NCBI RefSeq assembly: GCF_016433145.1 | Contig: NC_058132.1 | Location: 82,631,194-82,695,193, forward strand | Reading direction: 5' to 3' | DNA: 64,000 nucleotides | Source of the DNA: Gracilinanus agilis | Lineage: Eukaryota | In this document: positions 50,167 to 63,753 of the stretch, in pieces | How the letters are laid out: the number at the start of each line of letters is the position of its first letter | Numbering within the stretch: the first letter of the stretch is position 1 | Position numbers and translations under genes: made by a program | Notes under the pieces: model-generated | The model's database searches: none | What the model saw: only the letters and a program-made list of their open reading frames with translations | What the model was told of the DNA's origin: nothing

Positions 50167-52359
50167 AAGAGAGTTTGATTCACTCTTCACAGAAGACAGG
50201 GCAAAGCAATGCCCCAGCCCAGTTCAGCATGGAAGAACAGCAAGGAGGGCGCACCTCCCTGGAGTAGGAGGGGAGAATTCAGTCTAGAGCACCAGGGTGA
50301 AACTCAATCCAGAGCAAGCAGCAGGGAAAGGAACAAACAGTACAACAAGGTCCAACCACAGCAAGAGGGGGTGGGACTCAACTCAACCCAGCACAAGTGA
50401 CAGCTGAACTGAACAATCTGCAGACCTTCTCACAGCAGGTCAGGCAGGCCATCCTGAAGAAGTACTTACCCCACTATCCAAGAAGCAGCCAAACTAACTA
50501 CAGGCACCCAAAAAAGACCACAGTACAAACTCAAGACAGCACTCTCTTCACCCCCAGAGAAGATCTGAGCTTCTACATATAGAAAGGGTCACAAAAACAT
50601 CACTGTAGAACCCCAAAGTTATGACACAGAAATTAAGCAACCACAAGCAACCACAAGCTAGGGACTCTCCAAACAGGATGGCTCCAAGAAACCCACGGTT
50701 ACTAACAATAGGGTGTTCGTTAGGACACAATGTAACTAGGATCCCAAATGATTTGTGGACACTGCATTTAGCATAAAAACCCATGCTTCCCTCCCAACAG
50801 GGTCCAGGTTAGTTCTAGCATCCTGGACCCTAACTCTTGAGTTAGCATTAAAGTTCCTATTGCTCATTACATTGTGGGCATGGACTCATACTTGCTACAG
50901 GGATCTGAACTGGGCATAACAGTCACCACCACCCCCCAAATTAGCAAAAGACAAAGAAAAAGCCTGGTCCTGGAAAACTTATTTCAGCTGCAGAGAATAT
51001 CTCAAAATGAGAGCTCAGAAGAGGACAGTAATGCAAAAATGGAAATGTGTGAAGCCTCAAAGGAAAATATGAAAGGATATCTGGCCCAAAATGAACTCTT
51101 GAAAGAGTTTCAGAAAGAGGTCCACAAATCAAATAAGAGAGGTAAAAGAAAAATTGTAAAAGAAATGAGAAACCTAAGAGAAATACAAACCTCAAGCAAG
51201 AAAATGGCTCCCTAAAAATTAGAATCAGACAAATGGAAACTGACTCCATAAGACAGTAGGAAATAATAAAACAAATTCAAAAGAATTTTAAAAATAGAAA
51301 AAAAAATCTGAAATCTCACTAGAAAAACAAGTGACCTGGAAAATAGTTTCAGGAGAGATAATTTAAGAATCATTGAATTACCTAAAAGCCATAATTAAAA
51401 AAAAAAAAAAGAACCAAGAACAAGACAGGGGTCCAGCCCCAGTTGCCTGCATTTGTACAGCAGTAAGTAAAAATGGCTTTTACATTTTAAATACAACAAA
51501 ACTTATTTACAACAGTAAGACTATTCTGCCTACCCTAACCTCACTAATAGAAACTAATGACCAAAGTGAGTGCTGGAATCTAGGTAGTCTGCTCCCACAT
51601 ACCTACTCTAGCAAAACCCAGAAGTTAGTACTATATTGAAAAATTCAAATGTCTAGTGAAATCTATAGTAAGTAACTTATTTGTCCTTAGAATTGTACAG
51701 AAAGCTAGAAGCTTTAGGGCTGTAAGAAAGGAAGACTACAAGCAGAGCCAAAATCAAAATAAGGGAACAACAGAGAGCTAAAGACACCTATATCCAGAAA
51801 GGTTCTGGCAGCCAAAGTCGAGGAATAGTATGAAAAAGTTTTAAGGTGGGGATTTGGGGAGTACAGGAAAGCAGTGGCAGTTGACCAAGATAGCCCAGGT
51901 CTAAGATCTAAGATCCTGAAGTGTCAGAAAGAACCTTGACGATCCCACATTCTGAACTTTAAAAGGCTCAACTCTGGAGTCTAGAACCCAAGGAACCTAG
52001 GGTATGATCAAGCATGGCCAATAATCCTACCCAAAAGCTCAGAAGACAGTGGAGTCTAGCCCTAAGACAAAACCCCAATTTAGGAACTAAAGTTAGAGAT
52101 ATGAGTAAATCAAAAAATATACCAACCAGTATGAAAAATTACTACAAATTTACAGATGCCCTAAAAAGAAATAGTAGTAACTCCATAACAACTTCAAGGA
52201 GATACTTAATTAATGAATTTTTTTTACAAGAACTACATAAATACACAGAAAGAAATGAAGTAAGGGATGAAAAATTAAATAAGACTCTGGAAGTAAGAAT
52301 TGAATAATAAACTTAGAAGCTTACAAAAGAAAATGATAAACTTTACCCAAGAAATAGGA

Positions 52360-52514
52360 TGCCTATGTATAACTCAGATCAAATTACTTACCATCTCTGA
52401 GAGGAGAGAGGGAAGGGAAGGACAGAAACAATTTGGATCTTATAATTTTGGAAAACATATGGTGAAAATTGTTACTATGTGTAATTGGAAAAATAAAATA
52501 TTTTTAAAAAAAGA
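52360..52514 (+). mobile_element. 5'-truncated L1 3' end with TSD
   Basis: AAGAAATAGGA at 52349-52359 and 52515-52525; L1 3' UTR-like sequence with AATAAA and A-tail. Confidence 0.75.
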
Positions 52515-52580
52515 AAGAAATAGGACACCTGTAAACTAGAATAAATCAGTAACATAAGGAGACATCAAGAAATATTGGAA

Positions 52581-52783
52581 GAGGGGGCAGCTGAGTGGAT
52601 CGGTGGTTTGAGAGTCAGGCCCAGAGCCAGGAGGTCCTGGGTTCAAATCTGCCCTCTTCCTAGCTGCGTGACCTTAGGCAAGTCACTTAACCCCCATTGC
52701 CTAGCCCTTACCACTCTTCTGCCTTAGAACCAATACTCAGTATTGATTCTAAGATGGAAGGTGAGGGTTAAAAAAAAAAAAGA
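52581..52783 (+). mobile_element. SINE1 with 14-bp TSD
   Basis: AAGAAATATTGGAA at 52567-52580 and 52784-52797. Confidence 0.92.
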
Positions 52784-52934
52784 AAGAAATATTGGAACAA
52801 AATTTAAAAATATAAGAAGTACATACTTAGACATATAGATTGATATCATAACAGATTGGTGGAGCCTGGGTAGAAATTACCTGTTAAATCTATAGATAGG
52901 GATAGAGTCATCTAAAGAAGTGATAGATTCATAG

Positions 52935-54260
52935 GAGGTAAGATGAATAATTTTGATTGCATAAAATTAAAAAGATTTTGCATAGCCAAAACCAAATGCA
53001 GCCAGAAGAAAAGTTTGTTTTTAAAAGAAAAACAGAAACTGGGAGCAGGGGAGATTGTAACAAGTTTTTTTGGTGAAGGTCTCATTTCTCAAATATATAG
53101 TGAACTGAGCCAAATTTATAAAAATAGGAACCATTCCCATTGATGAATGCTCAAAAGATATGAATAGGGAGGTTTTAGGGGAAGAAATTAAATCAGTCAT
53201 GTTAAAAAAATGTTCTAAACCACAAATAATTAGAGAAATGCAAATTAAAACAACTCTGAGGTAGTACCTCATACCTGTTGGACCAACTTAAATGACAGAG
53301 AAGGAAAATGATAAATTTTAGAGAAGATGTGGGAAAAATAGGTAATTTATGCACTGTTAGTAGAGTTATAAACTAGTCTAACCATTTTGGAGAATAATTT
53401 GGAATTGGATACCATACACACACTCTTTGACCCAGCAATAATACATCTACTTAGGTCTGTACCCCAAGGAGATCAAAGAAAAAGGAAAAGGGCCCATATG
53501 TACCAAAATTTTTGTAACAGTTCTTTTTGTAGTGGCAAAAAGTTGGAAATTAAGGAGATGCACATAAATTGGGGAATGGCTGGACAAGTTATGGCATTTG
53601 AATGTGATGAAGTACTATTGTACTGTAAGAAATAATGAAGGAGTCACAGCTGGGTGGCTCAGTGGATTGAGAGCTAGGCCTAGAGACAAGAAGTCCAGCC
53701 TCAGACACTTTCCAGCTGTGACCCTGGGCAAGTCACTTAACCCCTATTTCCTAGCCCTTACCGCTCTTCTGCCTTGGAACCAATACACAGTATTGATTCT
53801 AAGAGAGAAGGTAAAAGTTAAAAAACAAAAAAACGAAAGGAAGAAAAAATGAAGGAAATAGTTTCAGAAAAAGTTGTGAAGACTTAAATGAACTGATGCA
53901 AAGTAAATTGAGCAGAACTAGGAGAACAAGGTACAGAGTAGCAGCAATATTGTAAAGATAATTAGCTCTGAAAGATCTGAAAGATCAATATAAGGATCCA
54001 CCACAACTCCAAAGGACTCATGATGTAAAGATGCTATCCCATTCTAGATAGAGAACTGATGGTTTCAAAGTACAGATTAAAGAAAAATTTTTTCCTTGCT
54101 TTTGGAGTGTGGGGGTCCTGACTAATTTGGAAATATGTTTTGTAAGAATTCATATATGGATATTGTATTTCTTGCCTTCTCACTGGGTGGGTTAAGAGAA
54201 GGAAGAAGAGAACTTGGAACTGGAACTAAAAATAAACATTTTAAATAAATGAGAAAAATA
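52935..54260 (+). mobile_element. L1 ORF2 C-terminus and 3' UTR, with a SINE1 inserted at about 53643-53847
   Basis: Remnants NFDCIKLKRFC, TLRYYL and TLFDPAI; SINE flanked by AATGAAGGA at 53634-53642 and 53848-53856. Confidence 0.85.
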
Positions 54261-54315
54261 TAAGATAATCTGATTTCTTTAAAGTGGTTTAGAAAACCAC
54301 GATTTAAATCATTAG

Positions 54316-56402
54316 AGGGGGAAACTGTGTAGCTCAGTGGATTGAGAACCAGGCCTAGAGACAGGAGGTCCTAGGTTCAAATCTGGCCTCAGATACTTAC
54401 CAGCTGTGTAACCCTGGGCAAGTCACTTAACCCCCATTGCCTAGCCCTTACCACTCCTCTGCCTTGGAACCAATATTCAGTATTGATTCCAAGATGGAAG
54501 GTAAGAGTTTTTTAGTGCTCCAACCTCTCCCTATGAATAATTCTTCTAATTACTATAATAGCGAATACAGTTTTTGAAAATTACACATAACATTTCTCCA
54601 TATAGGAATACAAATTATTTGATCTTATTAAGACCCTTAAAGGGGTAAATTTAAGAATAAGAATTTTCTTTCTTTCCCCTCTGTTTCTTACTTACCTTTT
54701 CATGTTTCTCTTGGATTTTGGTTGGATATCGAACTTTCCATTTAGTCCTGGTCTTTTCTGTGCAAATACTTGGAAATCTTCTATCTTGTTGAATGCCCAT
54801 ACTTTCCCCTGGAAGTATATAGTCAGTTTTGATGGGTAGGTGATCCTTGGTTGTAGACCCAGTTCTCTTGCCTTTCTGAATATCATATTCCAAGCCTTGC
54901 GGTCTTTTAGTGTAGAGGCTGCCAGGTATTGTGTGATCCTGATTGGTGCCCCTTGATATCTGAATTGTCTCTTTCTGGCTTCTTATAATATTTTTCTTTT
55001 ACTTGGAAGCTCTTGAATTTGGCTATTATATTCCTGGGGGTTGTCTTTTCAGGGTCTAGTGTAGAGCGTGATCTGTGGATCCTTTCAATGTTTATATTGC
55101 TCTCTTGTAGAACTTCAGGACAGTTTTGCTGAATAATTTCTTTTAGTATGGAGTCCAAATTTCTATTAATTTCTGGTTTTTCATAAAGACTAGTGATTCT
55201 CAAATTGTCTCTTCTAGACCTGTTTTCTTGATCTGTCAATTTCTCAGCTAGGTATTTCATGTTTCCTTCTATTTTATCAGTCTTTTGACTGCTTTTTTTG
55301 TTCTTGCTGTCTTGAGAGATCATTGGCTTCTAATTGCCCAATTCTAGCCTTTAAAGATTGGTTTTCCTTTTCAATCTGGTCTGTCTGGTTCTTCAAGGCT
55401 TCTAGCTGGTCATTTCTGATCTTCAGTTTGCTTATCAATTCATTTGATTTCTGAGCCTCACTTTCCAGTTGCGAAATTCTGCCTGTTATTTTCTTGCCAG
55501 ATCTCTTCCATCTTTCTCATAATCTCAGATTTGAACTCTTCAAGATCTTGCGATCCATTTTCATTTTTTTGGGAAGGTTTGGATGTCTTTAATTGCTTGT
55601 CCTCTTCTGTTTTCTGGGTTTTTTCTGTGCAGAAATTATCAAATGTTTGAGCTTTTTTCTTGGTCTTCTTGTTTATTTCTTGATTGGCCTTGATTGGCAT
55701 CATTATGTTTTATCTCCCAGAAGGCTGAGTAAGGCAATCTGATTCTCTTTGTATGGAGTTAGGGAGCAGTTTTTTGCCTGAGGCTACTTTGTTTAGTCTC
55801 TTGGCTTCTCTGGGGACCCTCCTGGGGTCTCTGGTCTGGCTGTTTTCAGGGTCAAGCCCCCATGTTCCTAGCCAGCTGCTCAGAGCTTGGGACTTGGCCC
55901 ACGTTTGCTCCTCCACCTGAGATTCTCCACCAAGTCTTAGCGCACTAGGCACTGCTGCTGCCCCTCTCAGCCCCACTCCCGTGTCCAAGGTCTTAGTTTT
56001 CCAGCCTCCTGGGGTCCCTGATCCCGCTGCTCTCAGGGGCAAGCTCCCAGTAGTGCCAGCCAGCTGCCCAGGGGCTAGACTTTGTGCCCCCGCTTGCTCT
56101 AACTCTGGAGCGTAGCCTTTGCCTCTGGTACTGTGGGTGGGGTGAGGGAGAGGTGATCCACTCACGTTTTGATGGAAGCTATTTCCCCCCCCTCATAGCG
56201 TGGAAGTGTCCAAATCCCACGTACCTTCGATACTGCACCCTATTGTGGAGTCCCTTCTTTAATCTGGATTTTGTTTTCTTGTCCTCTGGATATAATCTAT
56301 ATCTGTTGGTAAGGAGAGAAAGTCGCCCTGCCTCTACTCTGCCACCATCTTAACCCAGAAGCGGTTAAGAGTTTTTTTAAAAAGTATAAAAAATAAAAAT
56401 AA
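54316..56402 (+). mobile_element. SINE1 split by an L1 insertion (body 54316-54513, tail 56366-56402)
   Basis: SINE TSD AAATCATTAG at 54306-54315 and 56403-56412. Confidence 0.9.
54514..56365 (-). mobile_element. 5'-intact, ORF1-only L1 (HAL1-like), 1852 bp, ORF1 frameshifted
   Basis: 5' ttaagatggtggcagagtag start; ORF1 peptides ENRSRRDNLRI, IERIHRS, TPRNIIAKF and GLQPRITYPSKL; TSD TAAGAGTTTTTT at 54502-54513 and 56366-56377. Confidence 0.9.
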
Positions 56403-56966
56403 AAATCATTAGGCTCCCTGAAAACAGGTTTTGTTTTGTTTTTTTAGATTTGGGCTTTTTATTTCAAGAAATCATAAATAATAACTACTCATCTTTTAGA
56501 ATCAGAGGGCAAAGTAAAGATATAAAGAAGCCACTGACCATTTCCAGAAAGGAATCCTAAAAGTCCTGAGAGTAGATAGTCAAAATCCAAAACTCTTTTT
56601 CAGAGGAAAAAATACTGCAAACATTTATTAAGAAACACTTCAAGTATCAAGAAGCCATAGGCAAGATCTCATAAAACCTGTACCTTTTGTTATAAGTGGA
56701 GATCTTGAAATATGAAATTCCAAAAAGCAAACGAGATAAGACTTACAACCAAAAATAACTTACCTTGAAAAACTGAATAATCCTGCAGAGGCAAAAATAT
56801 TCCTTTAATGGAATAAAGGACTTCCAGACATTTTTGATGAAAAGACCAGAGCTGATTAGGAACTTTGAAGTACAAACATAAGAATCAGAGAGACGCAAAA
56901 AGGTGAATTTATCTGAAAAACTGGAAGAATTTGTATGATGATATGATGCCAACATTCTCATGAGAA

Positions 56967-57160
56967 CAAGGGTTCTTAGCTTGGGATCTGTGGATTTTTA
57001 AAAACATATTTTTTGATAACTGCATATCAATATAATTGGTTTCCTTTATATTCTTATGTTTTATTTTTGCATTTAAAAGCATTATTCTGAGTAGGGATCC
57101 TTAGATTTCACCATGCTCACAAAGAGGTCCATGAAAGAAAAAAGATTAGCAACTCCTGTA
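56967..57160. mobile_element. Old hAT-Charlie/MER5-like MITE
   Basis: cAagggttcttagc...gattagcaactcctg termini with AT-rich body. Confidence 0.5.
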
Positions 57161-59375
57161 ATGTAGGAGAAACCACTGTACCTTCAAGACCTTAATGTCC
57201 TCGAAGGGTATTGAAGGAGTTAAAAAAGAAAAACAAAATTTCAGGAGATGGATTGGTTCTGCTCTAAGGGTTTTAATAGAAGGAAAAGGAATATCCAGAG
57301 TGTAATTTGCTGTTACTCACTCCTGGGGTATGTAGGAAGAAGAATATACAAATGGGAAGAAGTGGGGTGAAGTATCAGTGAACCTCCCTTTTATCTGAGA
57401 AAAGACAAAAAGGGTTGAAAATACATAAACACAAACAGACCTATAAACAATTTGGTGTACTATATCCAACTTAGCAGGGCAAGGGTAGGGTTTAAGAGGA
57501 AGAATAATGCCAGGAAGGGAATGGCTGATTACAAGCAAAACAAACCTCTTGATCCTAAAGAGGGAAAAAAAGGAAAAGCAAAGATAGAATCTGAGGAAGT
57601 GCTTTTATATTATCTCTTAGACAGTTGGAGAAAAGCAGAACAAATTGTGGCCTATGAATGGAATGAAATGTTATCGTACCCTAAAAAATTGATGTAGGAG
57701 TCAGTTTCAGAGAATCCTGGGTAGTATGAACAGATCCAAACCAAAGTGAGAATGAGGACATTTTATATGAAAACAGCAACATTGTAAAGAAAATCAACTT
57801 TGAAAGGCTTGAGAACTCTGATCAATGCAATGTCTCCAGAGGCCCTATGATGATACCCACCTCATGAGAGAAGTGATGAACCTAAATACAAAGACATACA
57901 TATTTGAGCATGAACACTGTGTGAATAGTTTTGTTTGGCTGCTTTTACTAAGTTGGTGGATTTTTTTCCTTTCTCTTAGTTTTTAATTGGGAGAGAGTGG
58001 GGTTTGGTAGTGCTAATGCAAAGAAAAAAGAGGTCATTGTAACTTTTAAAATGCATAAAAGGAAACAAAAGGAAGTTCAGAAGGAAGCATGGATAAGCAG
58101 CACAATTTTGAATGTAACATGGAATTTATTATATAGTATTAAAATTTAAACTTATTATATACTTTTAAAAGCAAGTGATATGAAATAGAGATTGATGGTT
58201 TCATAGAGAATCCAGTGTGTTCTTCTGTATTATGGAGGTGCTCTTTTTTAGTGTTTAAGTTCAGAATATTTTTTTAAATGATTTTTTAAAATTTATCAGT
58301 AGAAATTAGGGGATCGAATAGAGCAGCCCTAAAGCTGGTCCCAACAGGTAGCTTGTCATCACCAAAGAATGTGAATTGAATATTCATTCTCAAAAGAAGA
58401 ATCAGGAAGATTTTCAGAGAAGATAGTGCTTGACAGTTCAGCAGTCTGAGATTGAGCTGGAGGTTGGAGCCCATCACAATTTGGATTAACTACAGAATGT
58501 TAGTGTGGTTCAGTTTGGCTTTAAATAGGTTCTGTGACTTCCTCATTGTAGGGAGCTTCTAGAGAGAAACACCTAATTGTCTTAAGATAGCTGTCTAGGG
58601 TCACTAACAAGGGTCACATTGCCATTAAGCGAAGGCCACTTTCCATTTTGCTACATTCTTTTCTAATGCCATGCTTCCAGGCCCTGGTCTGATTAGGCAA
58701 GTCTTTCTGGCAGAATCCCTCTTCTGACATGGATCAGATTGGATTCTTTTTGAAGAGCTTGGCTACCACAGTAATGTTATAAAACAATACAATGTTTTCT
58801 TTTAATAAATTATTTTAAATATTCGTTCTTCTTAAATCTCAAATTCTGAATTCTCTCCCTCCAATCCTTTTCCCACCCATGGAGAAGGCAAGCAATATGA
58901 TGAATACAACACTTTCAAATGACAGGTTAGAAAATCTGTGAAATAGTTGAGGGGACAAAGAGCCAGAGCTGCTGCTGCTTAAAATAATGTTTTATTCAGC
59001 CACTTTCTAAAGGATATATTTAGGTTTGTTCTGCTCACTGATCTGTTAGCAGCTTATATAGCCACTGGTCAAATATAGGTCCTTATTATACCCTGTGTTG
59101 GTGAAGATTTTCATGTTTCACCAAATATGTAAAAGGACCTAGTGGGGAAGAGGGAGACCTCAGTGAATGGGTAAAAAGACTTCTTCAAATAAATCTTGAA
59201 AGCTAAAATACTCCCTTTTCCATTTTTCTATTCTATTCACTAGATAGCTCGGTTCATTCTCTTAAAAAACTAGCCTTCAAAATAGACTTAAAAGTTGTTG
59301 ATGTTCACAGCTCTCTATTGAGCAGTAGTTTCTGTTCTTATATCATTTCAAAATGTGTTTGTTCTTTGTTCTCAG

Positions 59376-60052
59376 ATGCCAGTGGGAGTAGGTGCCATCT
59401 GGGGAATATTCAACTTGGGGTCAACCTTCAGTCTTGGGGAGAAAATCACCTTCAGCTTCTAGAGGGAACTCATTCTCTACAATCATGTTGGGCTGCCTGC
59501 TGCCAGGACCATAACTGTCATGTCTTCTGGTGGTTGGAAAATCTATGCCTGAAAGTGAACTGCAGTGATCCCCAAGACTGCCAGGTCTCCAGGACAGACA
59601 CTTCTCACTCTATGTTGGTGTTTTTACGTAAAGCACAAACTGCAGAAGATTTGAATTTCCTACGTGAAGGAGATACAGAGCACCTTCTAGGTATAGAGTG
59701 GAGCAGGGTCCTACGGAGGACTCAGAGATCATCCAGTGATGAGCAGCTCTTAGGGAGATCATCTTCCCCTGGTGGTCAGCCGAGTTCCAAAAAGAAACTC
59801 CAGAAAGATCTCGGTGATTCTGTCAATGCAACTCCTGCAGAAGCAGTAACAGAATTAACTAGTGAGAGGGGGCCAGGTCAAACCAAACAGAAGGATCAGA
59901 AAGTTCTGAAGATCCCTGAGGCTGAGTTACACACCCTGGAAGTCCAAGAAAATGTCTCTTCAGCAGACAGTATGGACTTGAGGTCAAGGCTGCATTCTGA
60001 AATGAATAACTCCAGGGATCTAGGCATTCCAAATACCAATAATTCTGAAGAG
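59376..60052 (+). CDS. KIAA0319L: KIAA0319L/AAVR exon 3: MANEC domain plus Ser/Thr-rich linker
   Basis: Acceptor ttctttgttctcag|AT; donor GAG|GTAAAA; Cys pattern SCWAACCQDHNCHVFWWLENLCLKVNCSDPQDC; 677 nt, phase 1 to 0. Confidence 0.96.
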
Positions 60053-62021
60053 GTAAAAACAAGGAGAGAGATGAATGAGTATTTTTTCATGAAGAAACAA
60101 GGGAATATACAGTCTGGTCTAACACTTTCTAATACTTGTTGGGGCAGTGGAGGGTACTTGAAAGCAATACTCTCTGATGCCAAAGACTTGCGTAGTGTCT
60201 AAAGCTAGCTAGTTTTCCCATGACTATTGCTTCTCAGAAGGGTTACTTAGGAGAAATTCACTTTTTATAAATAAATTTTGCTTGATTTGTTTTGTTTTTA
60301 TATCCATATTCCCCACTGTATTCCTCTTCTCTTTCTCTTTCCAAGAGATTAATCTCTTATATAATTTTGGTTTCTAAGACCCATTTCCAAGATTTCTAAG
60401 AGGAAAGATAAAGTTCCCATCCCAAGGCTATTTCGTGTGTGGAAAAGTTAAAAAAAAAAAAAAGCCCTGCTAATTATTCAGCCTTAGTTGTTTTTTGGCC
60501 ACAGGTAGGTGCTGGGATGTGGGTGGTAGTCTCCATCTATGCTTCTGCAATGTTTCCTGCCAGATTGAAAACACTTGGCTGTTGCTGCAGTCAATTTCTT
60601 TCTCTCTCTAAGCAACCCCCTCTTCCCCACCTCTTATGTATTTACATTCCCGATGAGGTAACTTCTATTCCAATCTGAATAAGCCACGCCTGATGCTGCA
60701 GATTGAGACATGATCTGCAGGGCTGGGGAACAGGATGTGGACCCTAGCCAACTGACTGGTCTCTGCCATGAATACCCACTGAGGGGCTGTGTGCAAAGGA
60801 AAATGCTACCAGTGGAGATTAATCAGTTTCTCAATATTTGATCTTCCCAGTTATATACTTTAAAAGAGTGACTCATTCCCCCTTGGTTGCTTTGTCTTGT
60901 TTTTGCTGTGGTTTGTCTTAGTTCATTCCTCTTCTTCCTCTAGTCAGCTTTCATTTAGCATTTTGTAGAGCCTAGGAAAAGAGCAAATCTCTTTCCCCCA
61001 GAGCAAATATTAAGAAAATGCTTAGAGCTATTATTGCAAGTTTGCAGATGGAGCATTAGGTTTAATATGTCAGGTCATAGGTTGCTTACAAAATGGCTAA
61101 CTCTCAAGAATATCTAATAGACTCTCCTTTTGGAAGAGGGTATTCAAGGTCAAACCCACATTTAATAGGAAAAGGAATGGAAAAGAAATTTATGCAGTGC
61201 TAATTAGCGATAGCCAGCTATCAAATAGAGCCAGCTTCTACTGTTCTCTCTGTAGCTAGTGCAGAAAAAAGTTAACACAAATCACCATTATTTAACTGTG
61301 CAGTATTTGCCAAACAACAAAGATGCTGCATGGTCAGAATTTGTTTTTTGTTCCTATAGAAACACACATTATCTCTTTTTAAAAATATAATTTTTATTTT
61401 AACAAAAGAAAACATAACCCTAAAAACAGTTAAGCTTCAGTATCTCTCCTATTCCAAAAAACAAGTTTGATGGGGATTCTGTAATTCTAGAAGTGGGAAG
61501 GAATTTGTATAGATCCATTGTATTTCTCACTTCTCCATTTGTAGAGGGGGAAGCTTTGACTGTTCTTTTAAAGCATTCTACTCTCCCTAAGTAATGAGTC
61601 TTCTCTTGCTTCCTCTTCCAGGATTTTTGGCAGGGGGACAATAAAGTAGTACAGATTAGGAATGTTATCTTGTATGGTGCAAGTAACTTAGCCCTTGGCA
61701 ATTGCTTCAAAAATTATCAGATGACCTCTTGTACAGGGGTTGGAATTGCTTCCCTTGAGCTCAGGAAATGAAGATCTGAAGTAAAAATCCTCCTCACATA
61801 AGGTTTGACTTTCAAGAAATCAAGTGCTTTTCTCTCATCCACCCTGATCATTGCTACAGCTTCATTTTATAGCATATCATTTCCATTCTCCACAAAGCTA
61901 GTGACTATTTGTGAAACAAACAAATGAAAACATAATTGAACTAGGGAATCAAATATCTCTCTGTCCTTTCCATTAAAGTATGAATTCTCAGCCACTGACT
62001 CCCCACAAAAACTGAGACATT

Positions 62022-62024
<3 letters not shown>

Positions 62025-62052
<28 letters not shown>
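62025..62052. repeat. (TC)n microsatellite; another at about 6523-6546
   Basis: Direct reading. Confidence 0.9.
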
Positions 62053-62053
<1 letters not shown>

Positions 62054-63753
62054 GCTCTTATCCCGAATTGAGAACTGAAAAAGTTGCAGTTTGCATAACA
62101 ATCTACGAAACTCCTGCTTATTACTAAGCAAAGACTGTGCTCAGGGATCTAACCTTTTAAAATATTCTCTCAGTTTATATTTGAGAAGGCTTCCTCTTAA
62201 TCCTTGAGACTCAGAGCATGTTGAAAAGGAAGAAGTCTAAGCTTCTGAAGATCTCAGGCAAAAAATAGTTTACTTTGTTCACTCCTTTTTTTCCTACTTT
62301 GATATAAATTTTTGATCTCCTTAGGTCAGTTTTGTTCAGCCCTTCATTTTTGTTAGTAGGTTGTGAAGCACTTCATCCCCATACTCATGCCATAATTGTA
62401 CAGGAGCGCTCATTATATCATCAGAAAACCTTGACAACCCAGTTGTTTCCTCGGTCTTTTAAAAAAAAAGAAAGGAAAGCAATATTTCTCTTTAAAAAGT
62501 ATTATCCTTCCTGCAACCTCTTCCTTACTTTCCCTGATTGGCATTTTTAGTGAAATGAGTCAGAATATTTATCTGTTAGGTTCTATATAATACAGGCATT
62601 GGGACAGCAGGATAGGCCTATACTGATTTGTATTAATTTGGATCTGCTTAAAATTTGGCCCTTCATGTTTGGTGGAGGAGGAAGATGAAGTGGTATCTAC
62701 AAAAAAGACCTTGACACTGACTACCCATTAATTAATAAGAGCAAGCAAGAAAGCTATGTTATGAATACCCTACCCTTCCATCAAGTAAATCTCCCCAGGG
62801 AGACATTGAGCAGAGAGAGCACATTATCCACTGATATTAAGCTATGCCCTGCTGTGTTTCTCAGTTACTGATTCTCATGGAAAACTGGGTCATCTCGGGT
62901 TTTTGTCCAAACCTTGCTGCCTTTGCCACTGCGTGGGCTGTGTCAGTAACATGCCTTAGGCAAGAGGCAGGGTGTAGGAAGACATTGTTGTCTTTTCTAC
63001 TGTTTTGATTTTGATTAGAAAGTGGTAGGTTTTTGTTTTATTTTATTTAATACAATTGGATCTTAAATCAAAGTGAATTAGATGTCGAATTTTTGTGTGA
63101 ATCATTTTTAATATAAAACAGATGTTTCCAGAGTAACATGTGTTTCACCAAATATGTCCCCCACATGGACAGCACAGATAAAACTAGTCGAAACATCCTG
63201 TGTGTATCCTGCAAGCTCCCACTAGAAATGAAAATAGGTAGTAGTGGAGGAATTTTTGCAATGAAAAGAAGGAAATTATTTTTGTCATCTTGGATTATAG
63301 CAGTATATTGCTAGAGCTGGCTTTGCTTCTCAGTGGGGTGGGGTTGGGGGGTGAGAATGCATACCAAACCCTCACTTTATATCTGGCTGATGGAAATAGA
63401 ATTTATATCAAGAAGTCTTGCTTGCTTACCGTGGTAACATATGAACTTTTTGTTCAGAATTGGTTTGGTTTCATGGATTCTCTATGAAATCCTGCTTAAG
63501 GAAACATCTTCTCCCCAATTCCCCAGGCCTCCCTATTCGATCTGAGAGTACTTCTTCCATTTCCCCCAAACAATAAAGCAAAAGAGCCTCCTTTTTACCT
63601 TTGGAAATAGAAATATGTGTCCCCAAAGTAGAGCAAGGTTCTTAAAAGTGAGTTTTTATAGCACTACTGTAGCAAAATCTGAACTGTTGCCTTAAGAATA
63701 AAAAACTGCATAACTTTTACTTATTTATGTGGTAAATCTTTGTGTTTCTTTAG

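Larger units (their letters stand above)
49200..51400 (+). mobile_element. Old L1 5' UTR and ORF1 remnant, interrupted by an LTR; ORF1 appears to resume at about 56460-56900 and the 3' end at about 57600-58300
   Basis: aatgcctcaaaa...ctagagcagcagaacc 5' UTR motif; DLEN-RRDNLRII remnant at about 51330; ORF1 C-terminal GLQPKITY-like remnant at about 56740. Confidence 0.6.
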
